Part shown: positions 25,837 through 36,508 of the stretch, in pieces
Numbering within the stretch: the first letter of the stretch is position 1
How the letters are laid out: the number at the start of each line of letters is the position of its first letter
Assembly: GCA_016207285.1 (NCBI GenBank)
Contig: JACQPW010000003.1
Span: forward strand, 1-39,139
DNA from: Candidatus Kerfeldbacteria bacterium
Lineage (GTDB): Bacteria > Patescibacteriota > Patescibacteriia > UBA9570
Direction of reading: 5' to 3'
Length of the DNA: 39,139 nucleotides
Translations under genes and position numbers: made by a program
The notes under the pieces: generated by a model
What the model saw: only the letters and a program-made list of their open reading frames with translations
The model's database searches: none
Told to the model about the DNA's origin: nothing

Positions 25837-27135
25837 ATGGAGATGGAAGCGTTGGTATCCCTAGCCAAACAGCGCGGTTTTATTTTCCCGGGCAGTGAAA
25901 TTTATGGCGGCTTAGCGAACTCTTGGGATTATGGCCCGCTCGGTGCCCAACTGCGCATGAACATCAAGCGTGCCTGGTGGCGCGATGTCGTGGAACAACG
26001 TAACGATCTGTTCGGTTTGGACGGAGCCATCATGATGAATCCCAAAGTGTGGGAAGCTTCTGGACACGTCGCTACCTTCCATGACCCATTAGTAGAATGC
26101 AACAAATGTAATCATCGGTTTCGAGCGGATGATGTGCAGGGAACGATCTGTCCAGATTGTGGTGGAGCACTGTCTAAACCACGTGACTTTAATACCATGT
26201 TCAAAACCCAGATTGGGCCAGTGAGTGAACAGGGGACGAGCGTCTATTTGCGTCCAGAAACGGCGCAAGCGATGTTTGTCAATTTTAAGAACATCATGCA
26301 ATCCATGCGTCCACGCTTGCCGTTTGGATTAGCCCAGATTGGTAAAGCCTTTCGCAATGAAATTACTCCCGGTAATTACATCTTCCGCACCTTAGAATTT
26401 GAACAAATGGAAATTGAGTATTTCATTGAGCCGGAGACCTGGGAAACCAGTTTTGAGACTTGGAAACAATGGATGTTAGACTGGGCCAAGACCACTGGGA
26501 TTGATCTAGCCAAGGTGCATGAGCTGGAAGTGCCCGCCGCAGACCGCGCCCATTATTCAAAACGCACGGTTGACTTTGAATTTGATTTTCCGTTTGGGCG
26601 CAAAGAGTTATGGGGTTTAGCCTATCGGGGTGATTTTGATCTGACGAACCACAGCCAAGCTTCCGGAGAACGCCTGGAATACACTGACCCCACTGACCCA
26701 AAACGCAAATTCATCCCGCATGTGATTGAACCAACCATGGGAGTGGACCGCACGTTGTTAGCGCTGCTCGTCAGTGCCTATGATGAGGAGGAAGTGAATG
26801 GAGAAACGCGCGTGGTGTTACGCCTCACTAAAGAGATGGCCCCGTATCAAGTGGCCGTGTTGCCGTTATCCAAAAAAGATGAATTAAAAGCGGTGGCGCA
26901 ACCGTTACTGCAAGAACTCATGCGATCGTTCCGTTGTGACTACGACGAAACCCAAAGCATTGGTAAGCGGTATCGTCGTCAAGATGAGATCGGTACCCCC
27001 TATTGTATTACCGTTGATTTTGAATCGTTAAACGATCAGCAAGTGACTGTGCGTGAACGTGATTCTATGCAACAAGTGCGTTTACCACTTAGCCAAATTA
27101 CTCACTATTTATCTGACCATGGTCTCACGTCATAA
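25837..27135 (+). CDS. glyQS: Glycine--tRNA ligase (alpha2 dimeric type)
   Basis: Motifs: [28 protein letters not shown], the Zn-ribbon-like insert [11 protein letters not shown]...[14 protein letters not shown], and EPTMGVDR, with the class II motifs. Confidence 0.9.
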   Translation: MEMEALVSLAKQRGFIFPGSEIYGGLANSWDYGPLGAQLRMNIKRAWWRDVVEQRNDLFGLDGAIMMNPKVWEASGHVATFHDPLVECNKCNHRFRADDVQGTICPDCGGALSKPRDFNTMFKTQIGPVSEQGTSVYLRPETAQAMFVNFKNIMQSMRPRLPFGLAQIGKAFRNEITPGNYIFRTLEFEQMEIEYFIEPETWETSFETWKQWMLDWAKTTGIDLAKVHELEVPAADRAHYSKRTVDFEFDFPFGRKELWGLAYRGDFDLTNHSQASGERLEYTDPTDPKRKFIPHVIEPTMGVDRTLLALLVSAYDEEEVNGETRVVLRLTKEMAPYQVAVLPLSKKDELKAVAQPLLQELMRSFRCDYDETQSIGKRYRRQDEIGTPYCITVDFESLNDQQVTVRERDSMQQVRLPLSQITHYLSDHGLTS

Positions 27136-28390
27136 GCTTAACAATAAACTAACGATCGTTACCGTTCCCCAGCCTGGTACTGAGACGGTTACCGTGATGG
27201 TATTAGTACCAGTTGGTTCACGCCAAGAACAACCCAGTACGAATGGTATTTCCCATTTTCTGGAGCATTTGATGTTTAAGGGCACTACGAAACGTCCAAG
27301 CACCCTAGAGCTCACCAAGCAGTTAGATGCCGTTGGGGCTGAGTACAACGCGTTCACTTCAAAAGACACTACGCTGTACTATATTAAAGTCGCCGCTAAA
27401 CAGCTAGAGCTAGCTTTAGACTTATTTTCTGACATGTTGTTTCATTCGTTGTTTGATCCTACGGAAATTGACCGCGAACGAGGAGTCATCTTGGAAGAAT
27501 TAAATATGTATGAGGACAATCCATTGATGCATGTGGATACCTTGTTTGAGATGTCTTTATTCGGAAAAACGCACCCCTTGGGATACGACATTGGTGGTAA
27601 GAAGAAGAATATCAAGCAACTGCCGCGGTCGGCTTTTATGCGCTACAAACAAGAGCACTATGCACCGGCCGCCATGCATTTGGTGATTGCAGGGAACATT
27701 GATAAACGCGCTGGTCGTTGGATTAAGCAATACTTCGGTCAGCAGCCAGCTGGGCGTCCGGCGCAAGCGGTGAAACGGTTCGTGCCCTATCAGCGGAGTG
27801 TGCAATTTGTGCACAAACATAAAGACACCAAGCAAACCCAGTTAGCCTTGGGCGTACCAGGCATCGGTTTACGCGATCGTACGCACCTCACCACCTTGTC
27901 AGTATTGTCTAGTATTTTGGGCGGTAACATGAGTTCTCGGTTATTTATCTCTATTCGCGAGCGCCAAGGTTTGTGTTATGTCATTCATAGCTCCGTTAAC
28001 CCGTATGTCGACACGGGAACACTCATGATTCAGGCCGGGGTCGATAACACTAGAGTTGAGCCAGCCATCATTGCTATTGTCGGGGAGCTGCGCAAAATCA
28101 AGGATGATTTGGTGTCTGTAGAGGAATTACGTGATGCTAAAACGTGCTTAGCTGGTCAAACTGCTCTCAAGTTAGAAGACTCCGCTGCGCTGGCTGGTTT
28201 TTATGGTAAGCAGTCTGTGCTCGTCGGTACCCTCCATAGTCCAAAAGAACGTCTCGCAGCGATTAATCAAGTGACCCGTGAGGATATTCGACGCTTGGCT
28301 CGTCGTTTGCTACACTTACCACTGTTAAACATTGCCAGCATTGGCCCCCAGCAGTCTTTAAAGAGCGTACAAGCCGATTTAGCACTGTAA
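27119..28390 (+). CDS. M16-family (pitrilysin-like) zinc peptidase
   Basis: ATG at 27119. It has the inverted zinc motif [11 protein letters not shown] (HxxEH), a downstream EL/E glutamate region (ERGVILEEL), and the two-domain length. Confidence 0.8.
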   Translation: MVSRHKLNNKLTIVTVPQPGTETVTVMVLVPVGSRQEQPSTNGISHFLEHLMFKGTTKRPSTLELTKQLDAVGAEYNAFTSKDTTLYYIKVAAKQLELALDLFSDMLFHSLFDPTEIDRERGVILEELNMYEDNPLMHVDTLFEMSLFGKTHPLGYDIGGKKKNIKQLPRSAFMRYKQEHYAPAAMHLVIAGNIDKRAGRWIKQYFGQQPAGRPAQAVKRFVPYQRSVQFVHKHKDTKQTQLALGVPGIGLRDRTHLTTLSVLSSILGGNMSSRLFISIRERQGLCYVIHSSVNPYVDTGTLMIQAGVDNTRVEPAIIAIVGELRKIKDDLVSVEELRDAKTCLAGQTALKLEDSAALAGFYGKQSVLVGTLHSPKERLAAINQVTREDIRRLARRLLHLPLLNIASIGPQQSLKSVQADLAL

Positions 28391-28391
28391 C

Positions 28392-29459
28392 ATGTCTACT
28401 GCCCATACCCCACCTGTCCACGTCAATATTTCTAGTCTTACCTTAGTCAAAGTGGTATTGGTTGGGTTAGCCCTCATTTTTTTGTGGGCCATTCGAGAGA
28501 TCATTATTATGGTCTTGATTGCCTGGGTGCTATCGATGGCGCTGCAGCCGTGGGTGGATCGCTTACAACGTTGGCACATTCCCCGGGCGCTAGGTATTTT
28601 ATCAGTGTACGCTGCCGTGGGTACCTTAGCGACGGTGGTGGTGATCTTACTTGTGCCTCCGGTGACCAATGAATTATCCAGCATCGCCGCTAACTTTCCA
28701 GATTACTACGCCCCTATTAATGCCAGTCTAGCTAACATTCGGGCGACCGGAGAATCCTTTGGTTTATCATCTGCCTTCCAGGATGCCATGAATAATGCCA
28801 TTAAAGGGGTATCTGAACTCACCAATGGCATTTACAGTACCGTCTCATCGGTGCTCACTGGTATTATCACCTTAGTGGGTATCTTGGTGATTGCCTTTTA
28901 TATGACCATTGACCAAGAAGGAATCCGTAAATTTGCGCAGTCATTGTCGCCAATTAGTTATCAGCCATACGTCATTCACAAGATCAACCAAATTCAGAAA
29001 CGGCTCAGTGGTTGGTTAGGTGGACAGTTAATTTTGATGCTGTTTGTGGGCACCCTAGTAGGTGTCTCCTTGTGGATTGTGGGCGTGCCGTATTCCTTAG
29101 TATTAGGCATCTTGGCCGGTTTATTAGAATTTATTCCGATTGTTGGCCCAACCATGGCGGCTATTCCGGCTATTTTCTTCGCCTTTACGGATTTTGCCGA
29201 TGCACCGTACAAACCATTTGTTGTCTTAGCGGTCTTTATTGTCATTCAACAGGTGGAGAACCAATTGCTGGTACCGAGAATCATGAAGCGGGCGGTTGGC
29301 CTGAACCCGATCATTATTATTATTGCCCTGTTAATTGGTGCCAAGCTCGGTGGCTTTGTGGGCGTGGTGCTATCGATTCCATTTGTGGCCATTATTGATG
29401 TCTTTTTGGCGGACTTTATTGAACAGAAAGAGCAGGAACAGAATCGGCTCGAAGATTAG
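28392..29459 (+). CDS. AI-2E family transporter (PerM/UPF0118-like permease)
   Basis: 355 aa, about 8 TM helices. The LLEFIPIVGP..AIP..QQVENQLLVPRIM motif is characteristic of the family. Confidence 0.75.
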   Translation: MSTAHTPPVHVNISSLTLVKVVLVGLALIFLWAIREIIIMVLIAWVLSMALQPWVDRLQRWHIPRALGILSVYAAVGTLATVVVILLVPPVTNELSSIAANFPDYYAPINASLANIRATGESFGLSSAFQDAMNNAIKGVSELTNGIYSTVSSVLTGIITLVGILVIAFYMTIDQEGIRKFAQSLSPISYQPYVIHKINQIQKRLSGWLGGQLILMLFVGTLVGVSLWIVGVPYSLVLGILAGLLEFIPIVGPTMAAIPAIFFAFTDFADAPYKPFVVLAVFIVIQQVENQLLVPRIMKRAVGLNPIIIIIALLIGAKLGGFVGVVLSIPFVAIIDVFLADFIEQKEQEQNRLED

Positions 29460-29461
29460 CT

Positions 29462-30907
29462 ATGACCGGAAAGTATTACATCACAACAGCGATTCCGTAT
29501 GTGAATTCCAAACCACATATTGGGCACGCCCTCGAGTTAGTACAGGCAGATGTCCTGGCTAGGTATTATCGTCTTATTGGCCAAGACACCTATTTTTTAA
29601 CTGGGGTAGATGAAAATAGCCTCAAAAATGTCCGGGCGGCAGAGCAAGCGGGTCTATCTACGCAAGCACTGTGTGATCAAAACGCCGACAGCTTTAAAGC
29701 CTTAGTCGACAGTTTGAATATTTCCATTGATCAGTTTTTTCGCACCTCTTCACCACTGCATCATCAGGGAGCGCAAGCACTGTGGTCAGCCTGTCGACCG
29801 GAAGATATTTATACTAAAACCTACCGTGGTTTGTACTGTGTCGGTTGTGAGGCTTACTATAGCCCCACTGAATTAGTGGATGGCAAATGCCCTGAACACA
29901 AAACGGTGCCGGAAGCGATCGAGGAAGAAAATTATTTCTTTAAGTTGAGCAACTATCAGGATAAATTAAAGAAGCTGCTAGAGTCTGGTGAAGTGCAAGT
30001 CTATCCCAAATTTCGTAAAAACGAAGTGTTGTCATTTGTGAATATGGGTTTGGAAGACTTTTCTATTTCCCGATCTCGACAACGTGCCAAAAATTGGGGA
30101 GTACCAGTACCCGGCGATGACTCTCAAGTCATGTATGTCTGGTTTGATGCCTTAAGCAACTACATTACAGCCCTTGGCTACGGTACCGATGACAAAACCT
30201 TGCTGAATACGTATTGGCCCGCTGATCTCCATGTTATTGGCAAGGGGATTTCCAGGTTTCATGCCATCTATTGGCCCGCCATGTTGCTATCGGCTGGTTT
30301 AGCGACGCCCAAATCCATTTTTGTCCATGGGTATGTTTCTGCCGGTGGCCAGAAAATGAGCAAATCACTCAATAATGTGGTAGACCCCTTTAGCCTCATC
30401 CATAGTTACGGTGCTGATGCTGTGCGTTATTATTTACTGCGTGAAATTCCACCAGCGGAAGACGGGGATTACTCAGAAGAGAAATTCATTAATTGTTATA
30501 ATGCACATTTAGCCAACGATCTGGGTAACTTGGTTAGTCGCGTCTCCAATATGGTTGATCGCTATTTAGACGGTAGTGTGCCCGCGATCGAGTTGCCTGA
30601 TCCAGAGTATGCCCTGGAAGATGTCTATACCCTCATTTCGCAATATCGTTTTAATGAAGCCCTGGATACGGTCTGGTCCATTGTGCGTTTAGCTAATAAG
30701 GTGGTAGACGACGAAAAACCCTGGGAATTGTTTAATAACAGTAATCTTGATAAACTGAGTCTAGTCTTAGCCCAGTTAGTGGTGATGGTGCAAGACATTG
30801 CTCTGGCACTGGAGCCGTTTTTGCCGGATACCTCTAAGACGATCCAGCAACATTTTAACCAGGCTAAACTGACTAAAGTACCACCTTTATTCCCGCGCAT
30901 TCTCTAA
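29462..30907 (+). CDS. metG: Methionine--tRNA ligase (short form, no C-terminal appended domain)
   Basis: It has a HIGH-type motif (KPHIGHALE), a single zinc knuckle (CVGCEAYY...CPEHK) and KMSKS (GQKMSKSLNN). Confidence 0.9.
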   Translation: MTGKYYITTAIPYVNSKPHIGHALELVQADVLARYYRLIGQDTYFLTGVDENSLKNVRAAEQAGLSTQALCDQNADSFKALVDSLNISIDQFFRTSSPLHHQGAQALWSACRPEDIYTKTYRGLYCVGCEAYYSPTELVDGKCPEHKTVPEAIEEENYFFKLSNYQDKLKKLLESGEVQVYPKFRKNEVLSFVNMGLEDFSISRSRQRAKNWGVPVPGDDSQVMYVWFDALSNYITALGYGTDDKTLLNTYWPADLHVIGKGISRFHAIYWPAMLLSAGLATPKSIFVHGYVSAGGQKMSKSLNNVVDPFSLIHSYGADAVRYYLLREIPPAEDGDYSEEKFINCYNAHLANDLGNLVSRVSNMVDRYLDGSVPAIELPDPEYALEDVYTLISQYRFNEALDTVWSIVRLANKVVDDEKPWELFNNSNLDKLSLVLAQLVVMVQDIALALEPFLPDTSKTIQQHFNQAKLTKVPPLFPRIL

Positions 30908-30911
30908 CGTT

Positions 30912-31391
30912 ATGAATATTTTGGATTGGGTCATTGTTGTCTGGCTAGTGATTGCCTTCTTACTGGGCGCTAGGCTAGGTTTAATTTATCGGATTGGTCA
31001 CATTATTGGTTTGGTCGTGGGTATCTGGCTGGCTTTTACCTATGGCATGACCGTAGCTAGTTGGCTAGGCGATAGTTGGGGCATCCGGATCGCCGTGGTG
31101 CTCTTTCTGATTGCTGGAGTAGCTGAATTAGGCGGGCTAGTCGCTACGTTATTGGATAAGGCTTTTAAAATTGTGTCGTGGCTGCCCTTTCTTAAATTGG
31201 CTAACGGTATCATTGGAGGGATCGTGTCATTACTAACCCACCTCGTGCTACTTGGCATCGTGCTCTCCTTTGCGCTGACCTTACCAGTAGATGAGCAGTG
31301 GTTACTGGCTATTGAGCAGTCAACACTTGGCCCTTGGTTAGTCATTGTAGGCACAACCGTCACTAACTTTATTCCGTGGTTTAATGCCTAG
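30912..31391 (+). CDS. CvpA-family membrane protein
   Basis: 159 aa, 4 TM helices. The N-terminus NILDWVIVVWLVIAFLLGARLGLI is typical of CvpA. Confidence 0.6.
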   Translation: MNILDWVIVVWLVIAFLLGARLGLIYRIGHIIGLVVGIWLAFTYGMTVASWLGDSWGIRIAVVLFLIAGVAELGGLVATLLDKAFKIVSWLPFLKLANGIIGGIVSLLTHLVLLGIVLSFALTLPVDEQWLLAIEQSTLGPWLVIVGTTVTNFIPWFNA

Positions 31392-32241
31392 GTTTGTTGA
31401 TACCCATACCCACGTCAATTTCCAACCGTTTTTGGATGACTATCGCGCGGTGATTCAACGTGCCACCGATCAGGGTATCCTGGTGACCAATGTCGGTACG
31501 CAATGGGAATCATCGCAACGTTCGGTCCAGATCGCGGATGAACTACAGGGTTTAGTGTACGCTACGGTGGGACTACACCCATTGCATTTGTTTAAGGACA
31601 TTACTGAGGAGCAGACGTTTGGTGGTATTACGCAAACGATTAAGGCACGGGCAGAAACCTTTGACCCTAAACGGTATCAGCAGCTAGCCCAGTCATCGCC
31701 GCGCGTCGTAGCGATTGGTGAATGCGGTTTAGATTACTATCACACTGACGGTCTAGCCAGTGAACAGCAACGGGTGTTACGGCAGCACATTGAATTAGGG
31801 ATTCAGCTCGATTTGCCGTTAATTATACATTGTCGGGATGCTGGTATTCATACCGATGATACCGTCCAAGCCTTCGATGATTTAGCTGCCCTCTTATCTG
31901 ATTACAAAGGCAAGGTACGCGGAACCATTCACTGTTATACCGGTACTCCTAAGTATATCGAACGCTTTTTAAAGTTAGGTTTTTATATTGGGTTCACTGG
32001 TATTGTGACGTTCACCAGTGCCAAGGCCGTGCGGGCCAGTGTTCAAGCTGTACCACTGGAACGCTTACTATTAGAAACGGATGCCCCCTATTTGGCACCA
32101 GTGCCCCACCGTGGCCAGCGTAACGAACCAGCCTATGTGCAGTATGTCGCTCAGGAAGTTGCCCAACTCAAGCAGATACCGTTGGAGCAAGTGGCTAAGC
32201 AAACGACCGCGAATGCAGTTGAGTTGTTTCGCTATCGCTGA
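31384..32241 (+). CDS. TatD-family metal-dependent hydrolase (DNase)
   Basis: Motifs: FVDTHTHVNF (HxH), IGECGLDY, IHCRDA, HCYTG, ETDAPYL. 8-nt overlap with cvpA. Confidence 0.85.
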   Translation: MPRFVDTHTHVNFQPFLDDYRAVIQRATDQGILVTNVGTQWESSQRSVQIADELQGLVYATVGLHPLHLFKDITEEQTFGGITQTIKARAETFDPKRYQQLAQSSPRVVAIGECGLDYYHTDGLASEQQRVLRQHIELGIQLDLPLIIHCRDAGIHTDDTVQAFDDLAALLSDYKGKVRGTIHCYTGTPKYIERFLKLGFYIGFTGIVTFTSAKAVRASVQAVPLERLLLETDAPYLAPVPHRGQRNEPAYVQYVAQEVAQLKQIPLEQVAKQTTANAVELFRYR

Positions 32242-32247
32242 TACACT
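32219..32247 (+). promoter_or_regulatory. Sigma70-type promoter with leaderless geometry for rmuC
   Basis: TTGAGT(32219-32224)-N17-TACACT(32242-32247)-N9-ATG(32257). The -35 lies inside the tatD 3' end. Confidence 0.45.
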
Positions 32248-32256
32248 GCCTGTACT

Positions 32257-33162
32257 ATGCAAATCTTGACCTGGTTGATTCCATCGATCGTAGTCATTGT
32301 CTGCGCCATTGTCTTGTGGCGTTTCTTAGATAAGAAATTACAAAAACCGGATGATTCCGCCGCCCTCGGCATGTTGAACCAGAACGTTCAGGGCATGCAT
32401 ACCCGGCTGGATAATGCCGCTCGGGTGATTGCGGCTGTGAATAAGGAGCTGGGTCAAGTCCAAGAAATGGGTCGCAGTATGCGCGATTTACAACAATTTT
32501 TACAGTCGCCAAAATTGCGTGGTAACATTGGCGAGCAAGTCCTACATGATTTATTGTCACAAAACTTTCCGCAGTCGTACTTTGAAATGCAGTACAAGTT
32601 CAAAACTGGGGAAGTGGTGGATGCCTTACTCAAAACAGATAATGGCTTCATTGGTATTGATTCCAAATTTCCACTGGCGAACTTTGATCAATTACTCAAA
32701 GCTGAAACGGAAGCCGACCAAGAACAATACCGCAAGCTGTTTCATCGGGATGTCAAAAAGCATATCACGGACATTGCTAAAAAATATATTTTGCCAGAAG
32801 AGGGGACAGTAAACTTCGCGTTGATGTATATTCCATCGGAAGCTATTTACTATGAAATTATTCGCGATGAGATGGAGTTAATGCCGTTTGCTCAGACCCA
32901 AAAGATTTTATTAGTGTCTCCGAACAGCTTCTATTACTTCCTGAAAGTACTACTGATTGGGATGCAAGGTAAAAAAATTGAAGAACAAGCCAAGTCTATT
33001 CTGACGGCACTGCAAGGTCTACAGAAAGATTCGGATAAGTTTGGACGCGAGTTAGAGGTGTTAACTACCCATTTGACGAACGCCAAGGCAGCCTTAGATC
33101 GAGTGGCCAACCAGTATACTCAATTGGATGGCAAGATTGACCAAATAAAACTTTTACAGTAG
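32257..33162 (+). CDS. rmuC: RmuC-family DNA recombination protein (short form)
   Basis: It has an N-terminal TM helix and a short coiled region. These are followed by the RmuC nuclease-like core (GNIGEQVLHDLL, VDALLKTDNGFIGIDSKFPL, ALMYIPSEAIY, LVSPNSF). At 301 aa it is shorter than E. coli-type RmuC. Confidence 0.7.
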   Translation: MQILTWLIPSIVVIVCAIVLWRFLDKKLQKPDDSAALGMLNQNVQGMHTRLDNAARVIAAVNKELGQVQEMGRSMRDLQQFLQSPKLRGNIGEQVLHDLLSQNFPQSYFEMQYKFKTGEVVDALLKTDNGFIGIDSKFPLANFDQLLKAETEADQEQYRKLFHRDVKKHITDIAKKYILPEEGTVNFALMYIPSEAIYYEIIRDEMELMPFAQTQKILLVSPNSFYYFLKVLLIGMQGKKIEEQAKSILTALQGLQKDSDKFGRELEVLTTHLTNAKAALDRVANQYTQLDGKIDQIKLLQ

Positions 33163-33165
33163 GGT
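33137..33165 (+). promoter_or_regulatory. Sigma70-type promoter with leaderless geometry for the LbH acyltransferase gene
   Basis: TTGACC(33137-33142)-N17-TAGGGT(33160-33165)-N7-ATG(33173). The -10 is weak, but T1, A2 and T6 are retained. Confidence 0.4.
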
Positions 33166-33172
33166 AGCCAGT

Positions 33173-33736
33173 ATGGGACAGCTTCCGTGGGAACCATTAG
33201 TTCATCTGAAAGAGCAATTTAAAAACACAGATGTTGTCATTGGAAAAAATGTAACTATTCACCCAAGCGCGGTGGTCGAGGGTCCCGTCATCATTGGTGA
33301 CAACTGTGTGATCGGCGTCGGTGCCTATATTCGTCCGTATTCCATCATTGGGAATAACTGTGTCATCGGGCACGCCACCGAAATCAAACACTGTGTGTTA
33401 GGAGACAACGTGGTATTACCGCATTTTAATTATGTGGGTGATAGTATCGTCGGCAACAACGTCCACTTGGGCGGTGGGGCAGTCATTGCCAATTATAAAA
33501 GTGATGGCAGTACGGTGAGTGTAGAGCTGGATGGTAAAAAAATGGATACCGGCCTAAATAAATTTGGAGCGATTGTTGGCGATCATGTTGAAATTGGTTC
33601 GGGTTGTATTATTAATCCCGGCAGTATGATTGGAAACAATACCACGATCTATGCCGGTGCGATTGTCCGTGGATCGATACCGGATAACGTCATCGTCAAA
33701 TACAAGCAGACCTTTGAGATTGTGCCGAAACAATAG
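33173..33736 (+). CDS. Standalone left-handed beta-helix (hexapeptide-repeat) acyltransferase, GlmU/ST0452 C-terminal-domain-like
   Basis: Continuous hexapeptide repeats are present. HFNYVGDSIVGNNVHLGGGAVIANYK and DTGLNKFGAIVGDHVEIG match the acetyltransferase domains of GlmU-type and archaeal bifunctional sugar-1-P nucleotidyltransferase/acetyltransferases. There is no nucleotidyltransferase domain. Confidence 0.7.
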   Translation: MGQLPWEPLVHLKEQFKNTDVVIGKNVTIHPSAVVEGPVIIGDNCVIGVGAYIRPYSIIGNNCVIGHATEIKHCVLGDNVVLPHFNYVGDSIVGNNVHLGGGAVIANYKSDGSTVSVELDGKKMDTGLNKFGAIVGDHVEIGSGCIINPGSMIGNNTTIYAGAIVRGSIPDNVIVKYKQTFEIVPKQ

Positions 33737-34159
33737 CTATTTCCGCCACTTTTTGGCGACGTGTAACCGCGCTCGCTCTTCCGCTAACTGGCGTTGCAGT
33801 AACGAATAGGTGTTCAAGTCTAAGGTGGTTTGGTCTTTGAGGTCTTGTTCTAGTTGTTGGGTGCGCGCCTCAGCAGCGGCCAAGTCAATATCGGTGGCGT
33901 GCTGGGCAGAGTCAGCCAAGACATACAGCGTATTATTGGCTACTTCAATCAAGCCTCCGGACACAGCTAAGGGGAAGGTCTTGTCCCCATCACGCACGAT
34001 CAGTTCGCCTGGCTCTAGAATACTGACTAATTCCGTATGTTGCGGCAACACCGTAATTTGACCCAGACGGGTTGGCAAACTAACGCCATCTACCGCTTGT
34101 TCAAACACGGTCTGAACAGGGGTCACCATTTTTAATTGTAGGCGAGTAGTAGCAGCCAT
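33737..34159 (-). CDS. atpC: F-type ATP synthase subunit epsilon
   Basis: 140 aa, last gene of the atp operon. It has an N-terminal beta-sandwich pattern (LKMVTP...ILPQH..LVSILEPGEL) and a C-terminal helical hairpin. Confidence 0.85.
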   Translation of the reverse strand: MAATTRLQLKMVTPVQTVFEQAVDGVSLPTRLGQITVLPQHTELVSILEPGELIVRDGDKTFPLAVSGGLIEVANNTLYVLADSAQHATDIDLAAAEARTQQLEQDLKDQTTLDLNTYSLLQRQLAEERARLHVAKKWRK

Positions 34160-34161
34160 GC

Positions 34162-35568
<1,407 letters not shown>

Positions 35569-36501
35569 TTAAGATACCGCTGCTGTGCCAGCCGAAATTT
35601 CAGCAATTTCTTTCGTAATGACAGCCTGACGGGCACGGTTAAAGGCTAGCACCAGTTCGTCAATCATATCACCGGCCGCATCGGTAGCATTTTTCATAGC
35701 CAGCATCCGCGCACTATGTTCAGAGGCGTTACTTTCTAGTAAGGCCTGGTAAATTTGTACTTCCGCTAGCCGTGGTACCACATAATCCAAGACATCAATC
35801 TTACCTGGTTCATAGAGGTATTCCGTACCGGTCGGCTCAACGGTGGCGCTGTGTGCAACATCGGTTACATTCTCGACGGCTTCGGCAATGCTCCCAGCCT
35901 GTAACAACGGGAATAGTTGTTTAGTGACGGGTACTTGTAAGACAGCGGAGTGGTAATCGGTATACAGTACTAAGACGCGGTCAGTTTTACCGGCTTTAAA
36001 TTGCTGATACACATGGGCGGCAATTTCACTAATGGATCCAGTATCTTTGGCAGTGTCATCTTTAGCATAAGCCAATTCCGCTTTAATGCCGATGGTGTTA
36101 AAGGTGTTCACGCCTTTTTTACCAATGGCAATTAATTCTACCTGGCTGCGGCCATGACGTTTAACTAGTTTAATGGCGCGCTTAATGACATTACTGTTAA
36201 AAGCTCCACATAAGCCGCGATTCGATGTGAGCACAATGGCGGTAATGTGTTCTGGTTGCCCAGCCGGTAGTTGTGGCGCTACAAAAAATCTGCGCACGGG
36301 ATCACTCGGGTTCAGTTCTACTTGGGACATCACTCGGTTAATCAATCCCCACAGCAGGTTAGCGTAGGCGCGGGTATTTAAAGCCGCTTGGACAGCCCGG
36401 CGCATTTTGGCAGCCGAAACCATCTCCATGGCTTTGGTAATTTTTTTGGAGTTCTTGATAGAACGGAGACGATTCTTGATTTCGCGACCTTGAACGGCCA
36501 T
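35569..36501 (-). CDS. atpG: F-type ATP synthase subunit gamma
   Basis: N-terminal IKNRLRSIKNSKKITKAMEMVSAAKMR, C-terminal ITKEIAEI, and its position between atpA and atpD. Confidence 0.9.
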   Translation of the reverse strand: MAVQGREIKNRLRSIKNSKKITKAMEMVSAAKMRRAVQAALNTRAYANLLWGLINRVMSQVELNPSDPVRRFFVAPQLPAGQPEHITAIVLTSNRGLCGAFNSNVIKRAIKLVKRHGRSQVELIAIGKKGVNTFNTIGIKAELAYAKDDTAKDTGSISEIAAHVYQQFKAGKTDRVLVLYTDYHSAVLQVPVTKQLFPLLQAGSIAEAVENVTDVAHSATVEPTGTEYLYEPGKIDVLDYVVPRLAEVQIYQALLESNASEHSARMLAMKNATDAAGDMIDELVLAFNRARQAVITKEIAEISAGTAAVS

Positions 36502-36508
36502 AGTGGTA

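Noticed and set aside
25524-25898. A 124-aa plus-strand ORF bridges the 3' end of the DUF4013 gene and the 5' end of glyQS in another frame.
   Set aside because: It uses an alternative frame of two well-supported genes. Its sequence is Cys/His/Leu-rich and has no promoter or start context. It is treated as spurious.
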